This document shows positions 27,962 to 37,664 of a stretch of 64,000 nucleotides of DNA, in pieces; the stretch's first letter is position 1; each line of letters opens with the position of its first letter. Source of the DNA: an uncultured Gemmatimonadota bacterium (GTDB lineage: Bacteria > JAAXHH01). The position numbers and the translations under genes were made by a program. The stretch is from the NCBI GenBank assembly GCA_951812955.1, contig OX638340.1, positions 3,328,001-3,392,000 on the forward strand, given 5' to 3'. The notes under the pieces are model-generated. The model saw only the letters and a list, made by a program, of their open reading frames with translations, did not search any database and was not told where the DNA came from.

Positions 27962-29683
27962 ATGACCAACAAACAGATCGGCAAAGTCCTCAGCCAGATT
28001 GGATCGCTACTGATCCTTCAGGGCGAGAATACCTTCAAGACTCGTGCCTACGCGAATGCCGCGCGCCGGGTGGAAACCCTCTCCGAGCCGGTGGAGGACA
28101 TGGTGCATGAAGATCGGCTGGGCAAGGTTCCCGGCCTGGGCGCGTCCATGGTTCGTCACATCACGGAACTCGTCCGGGACGGGCAGTCGAGCTATCACCA
28201 GTCCCTCGTGAATACGGTGCCGGCCGGGTTCCAGGAAATGCTTACCATATCGGGACTCGGCGCGAAGAAAATCAGAACGATTCACGACCATCTCGGCATC
28301 GATACCGTGGGGGAACTGGAATACGCCTGCATGGAAAACAGGCTGGTCAAGCTGAACGGGTTCGGCGCCAAGACACAGGAGCGCGTGCTGAAGGGGATCG
28401 ATCTGATTAAGCGGTCGCGCGGATTCCATCGCCTGGACCGGGCATTGAAGGAGGCGAAATCCCTGGCGGACGACCTGCTGCGCCACCCCGACGTCTGGCG
28501 GGTCGAGATAGCGGGAGATGTCAGACGCAGGATGGAAGTCATCAGCGAGATCGACCTGGTCGTCAGTCATCCTGACCGGGACAGGATCAGGCCCATCCTG
28601 GATCGTTTCGGCCAGGTGCAGGCGGAGGACGGCCAGGACTTGACCGTCATCGGCCCAACCGGACTGCCCGTGCGGGTCCACTGCGTACCGGATGAGACTT
28701 TTGCCGTAACGCTGTATCACTGGACGGGCAGCGATGGTCACCGAACACGGATCGCCCGGCACGCCGACGACCGGGGGATCACCATTACCGACCGGCACGT
28801 CATTCACGACCGCACCGTGATTCCCTGTCCCGACGAATCCGCGATCTATGACCTGCTCGGTCTTCAATTCGTTCCCCCGGAACTGCGCGAAGGGGGTGAA
28901 GAGGTCGCCAGGGCCGCGGAAAACACGCTGCCGAAACTGCCGGTCAGGTCGGATATCCAAGGTGTGATCCACAACCACACGTCCTACAGTGACGGGATGC
29001 ACAGCCTCCGCGAAATGGCCGAGGGCGCACGGGCCAGGGGATTCGGTTATATCGCGGTCTGCGATCACAGCCGGACCGCCGCTTATGCCCATGGACTGAG
29101 CATTGAACGGGTATTGGAACAGCAGGAGGAAATCGATGCCCTGAATGCCCAATTCGACGATTTCCGCATCCTCAAGGGCATCGAGTCCGACATCCTGCCC
29201 GACGGAAGCCTGGATTATCCCGACGAGGTCCTGGCCTCCTTCGACCTGGTCGTGGCATCCGTGCACTCCATGTTCAATATGTCCGAAGCGGATATGACCG
29301 AACGCATGGTCAAGGCGATACGGAATCCGCACACGACCATACTCGGACATCCCACGGGCCGGCTGCTGCTGGCCCGGGACGGCTATCCGGTGGACGTGGT
29401 ACGCCTCATCGACGAAGCGGTCGCAAATGACGTCGCCATCGAGGTCAACGCCAATCCCCACCGCCTCGACCTGGACTGGCGGCATCTCGAGTATGGCATG
29501 AACAGGGGCGCCCGGTTCAGCATCGGACCCGACGCCCATCACGTGGATGAATTGGATTACGTGGACTATGGACTTTACATGGTCCGCAAGGGCGGAGTAA
29601 CGCCGGATCGGCTCCTGAACACACTGACTGCGGAAGAACTGATCCGGATGAAGACCGGGAGTCTCAGCACGGCGGCGAGTTGA
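27962..29683 (+). CDS. DNA polymerase X family protein with C-terminal PHP phosphoesterase domain
   Basis: N-terminal helix-hairpin-helix/8-kDa motifs (GENTFKTRAYANAA, ISGLGAKKIRTIHDHLGIDT). Pol beta-like nucleotidyltransferase core (LVVSHPDRD). C-terminal PHP (IHNHTSYSDG, AVCDHS, GIESDI, VNANPHR). Confidence 0.85.
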   Translation: MTNKQIGKVLSQIGSLLILQGENTFKTRAYANAARRVETLSEPVEDMVHEDRLGKVPGLGASMVRHITELVRDGQSSYHQSLVNTVPAGFQEMLTISGLGAKKIRTIHDHLGIDTVGELEYACMENRLVKLNGFGAKTQERVLKGIDLIKRSRGFHRLDRALKEAKSLADDLLRHPDVWRVEIAGDVRRRMEVISEIDLVVSHPDRDRIRPILDRFGQVQAEDGQDLTVIGPTGLPVRVHCVPDETFAVTLYHWTGSDGHRTRIARHADDRGITITDRHVIHDRTVIPCPDESAIYDLLGLQFVPPELREGGEEVARAAENTLPKLPVRSDIQGVIHNHTSYSDGMHSLREMAEGARARGFGYIAVCDHSRTAAYAHGLSIERVLEQQEEIDALNAQFDDFRILKGIESDILPDGSLDYPDEVLASFDLVVASVHSMFNMSEADMTERMVKAIRNPHTTILGHPTGRLLLARDGYPVDVVRLIDEAVANDVAIEVNANPHRLDLDWRHLEYGMNRGARFSIGPDAHHVDELDYVDYGLYMVRKGGVTPDRLLNTLTAEELIRMKTGSLSTAAS

Positions 29684-29746
29684 CCGGTCGGCGGCGAGTT
29701 GACCGGTCGGCGGCGAGATGACCGTTTGGCGGCGGACGCTGATCCG
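29670..29746. repeat. ~19-bp tandem direct repeat x4 (CGGCGGCGAGTTGACCGGT-like) spanning the PolX stop codon
   Basis: cggcggcgagttgaccggt x2, cggcggcgagatgaccgtt, tggcggcggacgctgatcc, read directly. Confidence 0.7.
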
Positions 29747-29828
29747 AGTTACCGTCCCTGCCGGATTCCGCCGCGTTTGCAGAACGGCAATCGCCCGGCA
29801 CGGACCGGTCCCCAGGAGCAACTGACAG

Positions 29829-30467
29829 ATGCCGAGCAGGAAAGCCCAGCAGGAACGCATGGGTGAAGCGCTGGACCGCCTGAAGAAGACCTACCCCGCC
29901 GTTGCCCCCGCATTGAACTTCACCACGCCGTTCGAACTGCTGGTCGCGACCATCCTGTCGGCGCAGTGCACGGACAAACAGATAAACGTGGTCACGGAAC
30001 CACTCTTCAGGAAGTATCCATCCCCCGGACACTTTCTGGATGCCGCGCCGGAAGAACTTGAAGCGGATATCTTCACGACAGGCTTCTACCGCAACAAGGC
30101 GGCCAATATCCGGAAATGCTGCCAGGCGTTGATCGATCTCCACGGCGGTGAGGTCCCCACTGGCATGGAGGAACTAACGAACCTGGCCGGTGTGGGGCGT
30201 AAGACGGCCAACGTCGTGCGGGGTAACGCCTTCGGTATACCGGGGATCGCCGTGGACACCCACGTAAAGCGACTGTCCGCTCTGCTCGGTTTTACGAAAC
30301 ACACCGACCCCGACCGGATCGAGTCAGACCTGATGCAAATCGTGCCGGAGTCCGACTGGACCGGCCTGGGACACCTCCTGGCGGCCCACGGCAGGAAGAC
30401 CTGCGTCGCCAGGCGGCCGAAATGCGACGAATGCGTCCTGAGCGACCTGTGTCCATCGGCCAAGTAG
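29829..30467 (+). CDS. nth: Endonuclease III (DNA glycosylase/AP lyase)
   Basis: HhH-GPD motif LAGVGRKTANVV and the C-terminal 4Fe-4S cluster loop CVARRPKCDECVLSDLC. Confidence 0.9.
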   Translation: MPSRKAQQERMGEALDRLKKTYPAVAPALNFTTPFELLVATILSAQCTDKQINVVTEPLFRKYPSPGHFLDAAPEELEADIFTTGFYRNKAANIRKCCQALIDLHGGEVPTGMEELTNLAGVGRKTANVVRGNAFGIPGIAVDTHVKRLSALLGFTKHTDPDRIESDLMQIVPESDWTGLGHLLAAHGRKTCVARRPKCDECVLSDLCPSAK

Positions 30468-30532
30468 GCGTCAGTAGCCGTCCCGGACGCTGTTTTGTAT
30501 TTTCAACAGGTCCCTCGCCGGGTATATTTCCT

Positions 30533-30568
30533 GTACCTGGTTACTGTACCTGGTTCAGGTACCTGGTG
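30533..30568. repeat. Three tandem 13-bp direct repeats GTACCTGGTT(nnn) immediately upstream of phoB
   Basis: ctGTACCTGGTTactGTACCTGGTTcagGTACCTGGTgg, about 85 bp upstream of the phoB ATG. Confidence 0.7.
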
Positions 30569-30653
30569 GAGATCCACCCGCGCATGCGGCGTTTTTTTGC
30601 TTTTTTGCCCGGCGAATGGGTAAAGACCCGATAGGGAACCGAGGGGATCGAAA

Positions 30654-31331
30654 ATGCGCCATACGATACTGGTCGTAGACGACGAACCGGATATCGTGGA
30701 AATTATCCAGTATAACCTGGAGAAATCGGGCTTCGACGTCACCGTTGCGGCGGACGGACCCACCGCCGTTGAAAAAGCCCGCGACGAGACCCCCGATCTC
30801 ATCGTGCTCGACCTCATGCTGCCCGGGCTTGAAGGCACCGATGTATGCCGGATTCTGAAACAGGACGACCGCACGAGATCCATTCCCATCCTGATGCTCA
30901 CCGCGAAAAGCGAGGAAATCGACCGGATCATCGGCCTCGAACTGGGGGCGGACGACTATGTGGTCAAACCCTTCAGCCCCCGGGAGATCGCGCTGCGCAT
31001 CCGAAACATCCTGCGCCGTCGCTCCGCGCCGGATTCCCCGGGCCCGGTCCGGGCGGGTCCCCTGGTCATTGACGTGGAAGGCCATCACGTGTCCGTATCG
31101 AACCGTACCGTATCCCTGACGGCCACCGAGTTCAAATTACTGGCCATTCTATATCAGCGCCGCGGCAGGGTGCAGACGAGAGAGGAACTGCTCGACGTGG
31201 TGTGGGGATATGATTACATGGGGTACGGCCGTACCGTAGACGCCCACATCAAGCGCCTCAGAGAGAAACTCGGCGAGGCCAGCGGCATGGTGGAAACGGT
31301 GCGCGGGGTGGGTTACCGCTTCACCAGGTAG
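30654..31331 (+). CDS. phoB: OmpR/PhoB-family response regulator (probable phosphate regulon regulator)
   Basis: Receiver domain (ILVVDDEPDI, LIVLDLMLPG, T and K present) plus winged-helix trans_reg_C (LTATEFKLLAIL...YRFT). Context: adjacent phoR-like kinase, pstCAB-phoU and ppk within 15 kb. Confidence 0.75.
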   Translation: MRHTILVVDDEPDIVEIIQYNLEKSGFDVTVAADGPTAVEKARDETPDLIVLDLMLPGLEGTDVCRILKQDDRTRSIPILMLTAKSEEIDRIIGLELGADDYVVKPFSPREIALRIRNILRRRSAPDSPGPVRAGPLVIDVEGHHVSVSNRTVSLTATEFKLLAILYQRRGRVQTREELLDVVWGYDYMGYGRTVDAHIKRLREKLGEASGMVETVRGVGYRFTR

Positions 31332-31339
31332 ACCGTGTC

Positions 31340-33202
31340 ATGCGATTTTCGCTCCAGACAAAGATATTGGTAGGCTACGTCGCCTTCACCCTGGTGGTGG
31401 CGGCCGCGGTGTACATCTACCTGAACACTTCCCTGCGCGCGGATGTCAGCGGCCATACCCGGCAGCAGTTGCTCAACGACGCGCGCCTGATCCAGTCCTA
31501 CCTCGAAAACACGCCTCTCCAGTCGCTTGCCCCCGGGACGATCGATCCGATCGCCGACCGGCTGGGCGAGCAGTGCGGCGCCCGGGTCACCGTGGTGAAG
31601 GACGACGGCGTCGTGGCCGGTGATTCGTCCATCCCCCTTTCCTCCGTTCCCCTCATGGAGAACCATGGCGACCGGCCGGAAATCCTGGAAGCCGTCGCGT
31701 CGGGCATCGGAAATAGCATTCGCTACAGCAATACGCTGGAAACCGACATGGCCTACGTGGCCGTCCCCTTCCGGACCGAACGGGCAAGAGGCGTCGTACG
31801 CGTCGCCCTGCCGCTACAGCAGTTCCAGTGGATCGAGTCCCACATATGGAAGATCGTGCTCGCGGCCCTTGGCATCGGCCTCGTGTTGAGCGTTGTGTTG
31901 AGCTGGGGCACGGAAAGACTGGTATCCCGTCCGATCGAACGCATGACGGAGGTCGCTCGGCGCCAGGCTGCCGGCGATCTCACGGTCACGGCTTCCGCGC
32001 CAACGCACGTCGAACTGTCCTCCCTGGCGGCCGCCCTGAACGAAATGGCCGCGCAATCAAAGGAAAGGCTTTCGCAGATCCGGGAAGAAAACGCCCAGCT
32101 CGAAGCGGTGCTGTCCGGCATGGCGGAAGGCGTAATGGTGACCTCCGCGGAAGGGCGTATCCTGATGGTCAACCCGGCTTTCAAGCGCATGATGGACGTG
32201 GACGCATGGTGCCTGAACAAGCGGCCCATCGAGGTAGTCCGCAACCACGACCTGCAAAGCGTTGTGGAGGCCGCGATCGATTCGGCGCCCTCCCTGCACG
32301 AGGATGCCGTGATCGACCTGACGCTGGAGTGGAGCCAGCGCATCTTCCAGGTGCATCTGACCCCTATACGCATCGGCGAGCGGCTTCATGGCGTGGTTGC
32401 CGTGTTTCACGACATGACCGAACTGCGCCACCTGGAGCAGGTTCGGAAAGACTTCGTGGCCAACGTGTCCCACGAACTGCGGACGCCCCTGACCTCCATC
32501 AAAGGCTATGTCGAAACGTTGCTGGACGGCGCCATGGAGGATTCCGACGCGCTGCGCCGATTTATGACGTCCATCCAGCACCATGCCGACCGGCTGCAGG
32601 CGCTGGTCGAGGACCTTCTGCAACTGTCCAGAATAGAGTCGGGCCGGTACGAGGTCGAATTCACGGCCTGCCACCTGGACCGGGTTTCGGAGCGGGTCGC
32701 CGAGATCTTCGCGAAGCAGATCGACCGCAAGCAGCTTGTTTTCTCGTTGCGGTTCGAAACGGACAACCCGGCGCGCGGAGACCCCGAACTCATGGAACGG
32801 GCCCTGTCCAACCTGGTGGACAACGCCGTGAAATACACGGAGAAAGGCGGATCGATCGCCATCCGCACCGTGGAAAGGGACGACGAAATCATCCTGTCGG
32901 TCGCCGATACGGGACCGGGCATACCGTCCGATGCGCTCCCACGTATTTTCGAACGCTTTTTCCGGGTGGACCGGGCACGGTCCAGGGCGCTGGGCGGAAC
33001 AGGCCTGGGTCTCGCGATCGTCCGGCACACCATGGAATTGCTCGGTGGCAAGGCATGGGTCGAGAGCAGGCTCGGCGAAGGCGCGACCTTCTACCTTTCC
33101 CTGCCCGTGTGGGCGGAGGATGAGCAAGCCGGCGATTCGAACCGTGCGCTTCGGACGGCGCGGGAAGAAAACCCCGAAACCCCAACGGGCAGTCAGGCTT
33201 AA
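31340..33202 (+). CDS. phoR: Sensor histidine kinase (PhoR-like; TM-periplasmic-TM, HAMP, PAS, HisKA, HATPase_c)
   Basis: H-box VANVSHELRTPLTSIKGY, N-box LSNLVDNAVKYT, G-boxes DTGPGIP and GGTGLGLAIV. PAS region LEAVLSGMAEGVMVTSAEGRILMVNPAF. Confidence 0.75.
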   Translation: MRFSLQTKILVGYVAFTLVVAAAVYIYLNTSLRADVSGHTRQQLLNDARLIQSYLENTPLQSLAPGTIDPIADRLGEQCGARVTVVKDDGVVAGDSSIPLSSVPLMENHGDRPEILEAVASGIGNSIRYSNTLETDMAYVAVPFRTERARGVVRVALPLQQFQWIESHIWKIVLAALGIGLVLSVVLSWGTERLVSRPIERMTEVARRQAAGDLTVTASAPTHVELSSLAAALNEMAAQSKERLSQIREENAQLEAVLSGMAEGVMVTSAEGRILMVNPAFKRMMDVDAWCLNKRPIEVVRNHDLQSVVEAAIDSAPSLHEDAVIDLTLEWSQRIFQVHLTPIRIGERLHGVVAVFHDMTELRHLEQVRKDFVANVSHELRTPLTSIKGYVETLLDGAMEDSDALRRFMTSIQHHADRLQALVEDLLQLSRIESGRYEVEFTACHLDRVSERVAEIFAKQIDRKQLVFSLRFETDNPARGDPELMERALSNLVDNAVKYTEKGGSIAIRTVERDDEIILSVADTGPGIPSDALPRIFERFFRVDRARSRALGGTGLGLAIVRHTMELLGGKAWVESRLGEGATFYLSLPVWAEDEQAGDSNRALRTAREENPETPTGSQA

Positions 33203-33337
33203 AAGAACCATCCCCCCTGATCTCTGCGCCTGGTTGGACCGGGGACGGTCCAGCCGAAGCCGCAGGTACCGCGGTCTGTTCATCAGAAAAACACCATCGG
33301 ATCACGGGTGTTTTCAGGGCAAAACACACATTAGCCC

Positions 33338-33368
33338 TTGACAGTCCCAACCCTCCGGCATTTATTAG
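33338..33368 (+). promoter_or_regulatory. Putative sigma70-like promoter (TTGACA ... TTTATTAGGT) for the tandem small membrane protein genes
   Basis: TTGACA at 33338-33343 with an AT-rich -10-like hexamer 17-19 bp downstream. A 5' leader of about 240 nt lies before the ATG at 33616. Confidence 0.35.
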
Positions 33369-33615
33369 GTACATAATCCAAAAAACGCAATAGAACAATC
33401 GGGAATCAGGCCCGATTTCGCAGGACTCCGACCAGGCTTCTGAAGGCAGTCATGACGCGCGGACGCGTGCGCTTGACTGAACCGGTTTGAAGGAAGTTAG
33501 CGACCGGTGCGGCTTACTGTGCGTACCCGACGCAAGTTCGTCTCGCCGTCGTTTCACGTCATCGGTGCGCGAATGCGGATGCGGTGGCATAACCATTCTC
33601 CTCCAGGAGGTAGGT

Positions 33616-33945
33616 ATGGCAACCAGAGTTATTGTGGGACTGATCGCCCTTCTGTCCATCGTGCAGGGTTTGGCAGGCGGCATGATGGCAGATGGCGGTA
33701 TCGTGATGCTCGTGATCGTGCTCCTGGGCATCATTTACGGTTTCATGGGGGTGGACGCGGAGGACGCGACGGACTATCTCGTCGTGACAATTGCGGTCGG
33801 CGCGGCGGCGAGCGCAAATGCACTGAGCGGAATACCGGGCATTGGGATGCACTTGGACAATATACTCGATCCCGCGAGCATGGCCCTCTACGCCAGCGTA
33901 GCTTCCATTCTGATCATGCGTACGGTCAACCGGATGAAGGGTTGA
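33616..33945 (+). CDS. Small multi-pass membrane protein, unrecognised family (paralog 1 of 2)
   Basis: 110 aa. Strong RBS (caGGAGGtaggtATG). Three or four hydrophobic helices. Central acidic motif GVDAEDATDYLVVTIAVGAAAS shared with the downstream paralog (about 50% identity). Confidence 0.6.
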   Translation: MATRVIVGLIALLSIVQGLAGGMMADGGIVMLVIVLLGIIYGFMGVDAEDATDYLVVTIAVGAAASANALSGIPGIGMHLDNILDPASMALYASVASILIMRTVNRMKG

Positions 33946-34039
33946 CGATCGCGCCCGTGGATCCCTGGAACCAGTCCGGGCGATTCACCTGGAACGGTCG
34001 CATTTAGGATTCGCAATCCCCGTTTAGGAGGTTAGGTCT

Positions 34040-34369
34040 ATGGCAACACGAATTATCGTTGGACTTTCGCTTCTGCTGGCGGTGGTAGAAACACTGGCGC
34101 CCGGCGCCCTGTTATCATCAATGATCGTGATGATGGCGCTGGCGATCCTTGGCCTGCTCTATGGGCATATGGCGATCGATGCGGAAGATGCGACGGGCTA
34201 CCTGGCGGTCACGATAGCCGTAGGTGCGGCGTCGGGCATGGACGTGCTAGGTAATATCCCGGCAGTCGGCAGCTACCTCGACGGCATCATGGACATGGTC
34301 ACCGTCGTCCTATACGCCGGCGTCGCATCCATACTCGTCAAGCGGGTGAAAGCCCGCATCGGGTGGTAG
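34040..34369 (+). CDS. Small multi-pass membrane protein, unrecognised family (paralog 2 of 2)
   Basis: 109 aa. RBS (ttAGGAGGttaggtctATG). Same helix/motif layout (AIDAEDATGYLAVTIAVGAASG). Confidence 0.6.
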   Translation: MATRIIVGLSLLLAVVETLAPGALLSSMIVMMALAILGLLYGHMAIDAEDATGYLAVTIAVGAASGMDVLGNIPAVGSYLDGIMDMVTVVLYAGVASILVKRVKARIGW

Positions 34370-34401
34370 TGTCGTAAAAAAGAAGCAGACGTAGAAAAAA
34401 A

Positions 34402-34450
34402 CAGGCGGATCGGGGAGTCCTTGAACTTCCCTGGTCCGCCTGTTTCGATA
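34402..34450. terminator. Probable bidirectional intrinsic terminator (hairpin CAGGCGGA...TCCGCCTG followed by TTTCG) between the small membrane protein pair and convergent ppk
   Basis: 8-bp perfect stem with a ~25-nt loop and a T-run on the plus strand. Located between convergent genes. Confidence 0.4.
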
Positions 34451-34504
34451 ATACCAAACTTAAAAAGGGTCCTGGCCGGCCCTTATAAGGATCCTTTCTC
34501 CCCT

Positions 34505-36772
34505 TCAGGCTTCCGTCCTGCCCTTCAAAGGAGCCGTCCTCCCCTTCAGGCTTCCGGCCCCACGCGTACGAGCGCGTTTCGAGCCGTTGTTGACCCTGAC
34601 CGTTTCACAGGCCTGTTCGTATAATTCCCTCTGAGACTGTAAACGACTACCCGCCTTCTTCACGTACCGGTACGTTCCATCCGACTGCAATTCCCGCGCC
34701 TTCACGTTGTCCTTCAACTGGATTTTCAAATACGCCCACAGTTCCGCCTGGAGCGCACGGTCGACGACCGGGAAGGAAACTTCAACGCGCCGGTTGAGAT
34801 TCCGGTCCATCCAGTCCGCGCTGGAAAAGTAATACTCCGGGTCTCCGTCGTTGTAGAAATAGAAGAGGCGGACGTGTTCGAGAAACCGGTCGACGATGCT
34901 GATGACGCTGATGTTCTCGCTCAGACCCGGAACACCTGGTCTCAGGCAGCATATGCCCCGAATGATCAGCTGAATCTGCACGCCGGCCTGTGACGCCTGG
35001 TACAGCTCGACGATCATGTCCGGGTCGACGAGCGAATTGATCTTGGCGATTATGAGGGCCGGCTGGCCGTTTCGGGCCCGCTCGCTTTCCCTCCGCAGCC
35101 TTTTAACCATGTCCTCCCGCATCGACGTGGGAGAAAGGATGAGGTGGTGAAAGTGCTTGGGCAGCGCGTAACCCGTCAGCAGGTTGAACAACTGCGTTAC
35201 GTCCTCGCCGAATTCCTCCTTGTCCGTGAACAGGCCGAAATCGGCGTATATCCGTGCCGTCTTGTCGTTGTAATTCCCCGTGCCCAGGTGACAGTAGCGG
35301 TGAATTGCGTCGCCTTCGCGGCGCACCACCAGGCAGGCCTTGCAATGGACCTTTATGCCTGGTATGCCGTAGATGACGTGGGCCCCCGCTTCCTCGAGCT
35401 GCCTTGCCCACTGGATGTTCGCCGCCTCGTCGAACCGGGCCTTCAATTCCAGCAGCACCGATACTTCCTTGCCGTTTTCCGCCGCCCGGGTCAGCGCCCG
35501 TGTAATCGGCGAGTTTGCGCTCACTCGGTACAGCGTCATCTTGATGGCGAGCACGCTGGGGTCTTCCGCCGCTTCCGAAACGAAACGGACTACCGCGTTG
35601 AACTGATGGAAGGGGTGGTGCAGCAGGATGTCTTCCTTCTTGATGGCGTCCCATATGGAAGGGGCTCCCTCGAAGGACATCGCCGGCTGGGGCGGGAAGG
35701 GTTCGTCCATGAGATCCGGCCGGTCGATGGCATCGTAGAACTCGATGAGATCGGAAAAGGCGGTGAAACCCTCCGTGGGGTAAAGGTCCTCCTGCTCCAG
35801 TTCCAGTTCGTCCACCAGGATGTCCAGGACGCGGGTGGATAACTCCGGATCGTACTGCAGCCGGACGGCAGCCCCGTTTCGCCGGTTTCTTATGCCCTCC
35901 TCGATGACCGTCAGCAGGTCCTCCGCGCCTTCCTCCTCGTAGTCCACGTCGGCGTCCCGCGTCACGCGGATCGACGCGCAGTTCAGCACCTCGTAGCCGT
36001 TGTAGAACAGGTCGAGGTTCATGAGGATGACGTCCTCCAGCATGAAGAACGCCTGCCGGCCGTTCTCGGACGGTAGTTCGAGGAATCGCGGCATGACGGA
36101 TGTGGGCAGGTGGATGACTGAAAGGTTTGTGTGGGGAAAGACGGACCGCTGGATCTTCCGGATTTCAGCCACCAGGCAGAGCGTGCCGTTGGCCAGGTAG
36201 GGAAAGGGATGTCCCGGGTCTACCGCCAGCGGGGTCACCACGGGCAGTATGGTCTTCCGGAAGTACTCGTCCAGGTAGGCCTTCTGCGAAGGGCTGAGCT
36301 GTTCGGGCTTGAGTATGTCGATGCCCTGCTCGGTGAGCTGCGGGAAGATCTCGTTGATGAACAAGCCGTGCTGCTTGTTGACCAGTTCGTGCATCCTGGC
36401 CGAAAGGGCGGTCATCACCTCTCTGGGACTCAGGCCGTCCGCGGTCCGCGTGGATTGGATCTGCGCATCGATCTGTCTTTTGACGCCGGCGACGCGGATC
36501 ATGAAGAATTCGTCCAGATTGGTACTGAATATGGCCAGGAACTTCACTCGTTCCAGCAGGGGCACCGACGGATCGAGCGCTTCCTCGAGCACCCGCGCGT
36601 TGAACTCCATCCAGCTGAGTTCCCGGTTGAAGAAGTGCTCCGGGCGCCAGTAGTTCGTCACCAGCGGTGCCGTGGACGGCCGGGGCTTTCGGGTGAAGCG
36701 CCGGCCGGCTCGCTTAGAGGCGATGGTTCGAACCGTTGCGGTCCTGGCGTTGTTTCTTTTTGCAGTTGGCAT
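34505..36772 (-). CDS. ppk: Polyphosphate kinase 1
   Basis: The N-terminal FFNRELSWMEFNARVLEEA motif is diagnostic of PPK1, and the two PLD-like C-terminal domains follow. Start chosen at MPTAKRNN (the ORF-track start at 36802 is also possible). Confidence 0.9.
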   Translation of the reverse strand: MPTAKRNNARTATVRTIASKRAGRRFTRKPRPSTAPLVTNYWRPEHFFNRELSWMEFNARVLEEALDPSVPLLERVKFLAIFSTNLDEFFMIRVAGVKRQIDAQIQSTRTADGLSPREVMTALSARMHELVNKQHGLFINEIFPQLTEQGIDILKPEQLSPSQKAYLDEYFRKTILPVVTPLAVDPGHPFPYLANGTLCLVAEIRKIQRSVFPHTNLSVIHLPTSVMPRFLELPSENGRQAFFMLEDVILMNLDLFYNGYEVLNCASIRVTRDADVDYEEEGAEDLLTVIEEGIRNRRNGAAVRLQYDPELSTRVLDILVDELELEQEDLYPTEGFTAFSDLIEFYDAIDRPDLMDEPFPPQPAMSFEGAPSIWDAIKKEDILLHHPFHQFNAVVRFVSEAAEDPSVLAIKMTLYRVSANSPITRALTRAAENGKEVSVLLELKARFDEAANIQWARQLEEAGAHVIYGIPGIKVHCKACLVVRREGDAIHRYCHLGTGNYNDKTARIYADFGLFTDKEEFGEDVTQLFNLLTGYALPKHFHHLILSPTSMREDMVKRLRRESERARNGQPALIIAKINSLVDPDMIVELYQASQAGVQIQLIIRGICCLRPGVPGLSENISVISIVDRFLEHVRLFYFYNDGDPEYYFSSADWMDRNLNRRVEVSFPVVDRALQAELWAYLKIQLKDNVKARELQSDGTYRYVKKAGSRLQSQRELYEQACETVRVNNGSKRARTRGAGSLKGRTAPLKGRTEA

Positions 36773-37067
36773 TACCAGGTCACCAGAGATGATTGCGGAC
36801 ATGCGGCGCGTGACGGTCTCGCGCGCACTACCGCATCACGAATGCTGTTCAGATGTCAGCGGACCGGACGGGACCGGATTGGGCCAGACCGGGCCGGATC
36901 AATATGAATTGCGCCCCGGTCCGAGTAACAATAAAGCGGGACGCAAGGCGATGTTGTCAAGCCGTCTTTACCCTGTCGATCGTGTCTAACAAGAAAAATG
37001 CACATTAGTCATATCGTCATTGCGCCGTCATGGTTTTGTCATTCGACATCGTTATAATAAGCCGTGA

Positions 37068-37613
37068 ATGAACGAAGAACTGACAAAGAATCGTGGAGAA
37101 GTCATGCAAAAGAGTCGTGGCGAAGTCATGAAAATGAATGAAGTGTTGGATGTACTTAAAGGAAGCCTGGCCAAGGTAGACGGCATGAAGTTCTTGCTGG
37201 ACTACGAGGATCTCATCTGGCGCATGGCGCCGAACGCCCAATCCGTACAGGCGTTGCTGGAAGATATGGTCGACGCGGAACAGCAACTCTGGTCCGCCCT
37301 GCTGCCAGGGTGCCTGGAATCCCGGCAACGCCGCATCTTTCAAGATCGTCTCCGCGAACGGAATCGATTCTGGCAAAAGAACGACAACCGCCTCGGCATT
37401 TTCAACCAGTTTCTCAGCAACCGGCGCATTACGCTGCTTCTGCTCGAAGATTTAGCGGGAAATGACTGGAACAGGAATGCCCCCGACGGAATGGATGAAG
37501 GATCCGTCGTCGACCAGGTCGATCGCCTGATCGAGCGCCAGAACCAGTGCCTTACCATGATCCAGGGGATACTGAACGAGCGGTTCGAAGCAATGAAGAA
37601 AAGCGCCGTATGA
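37068..37613 (+). CDS. Hypothetical protein, no recognisable family; lies in a lower-GC patch (start uncertain, possibly MKMNEV at 37129)
   Basis: 181-aa ORF, predicted largely helical. The N-terminus carries a duplicated RGEVM from a 21-bp direct repeat. Codon usage is less GC3-biased than the neighbours. Confidence 0.4.
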   Translation: MNEELTKNRGEVMQKSRGEVMKMNEVLDVLKGSLAKVDGMKFLLDYEDLIWRMAPNAQSVQALLEDMVDAEQQLWSALLPGCLESRQRRIFQDRLRERNRFWQKNDNRLGIFNQFLSNRRITLLLLEDLAGNDWNRNAPDGMDEGSVVDQVDRLIERQNQCLTMIQGILNERFEAMKKSAV

Positions 37614-37664
37614 GGAACCTGGTGTCTACCACCCGATCTCCGGGAATCACGCCATCAATAAACT

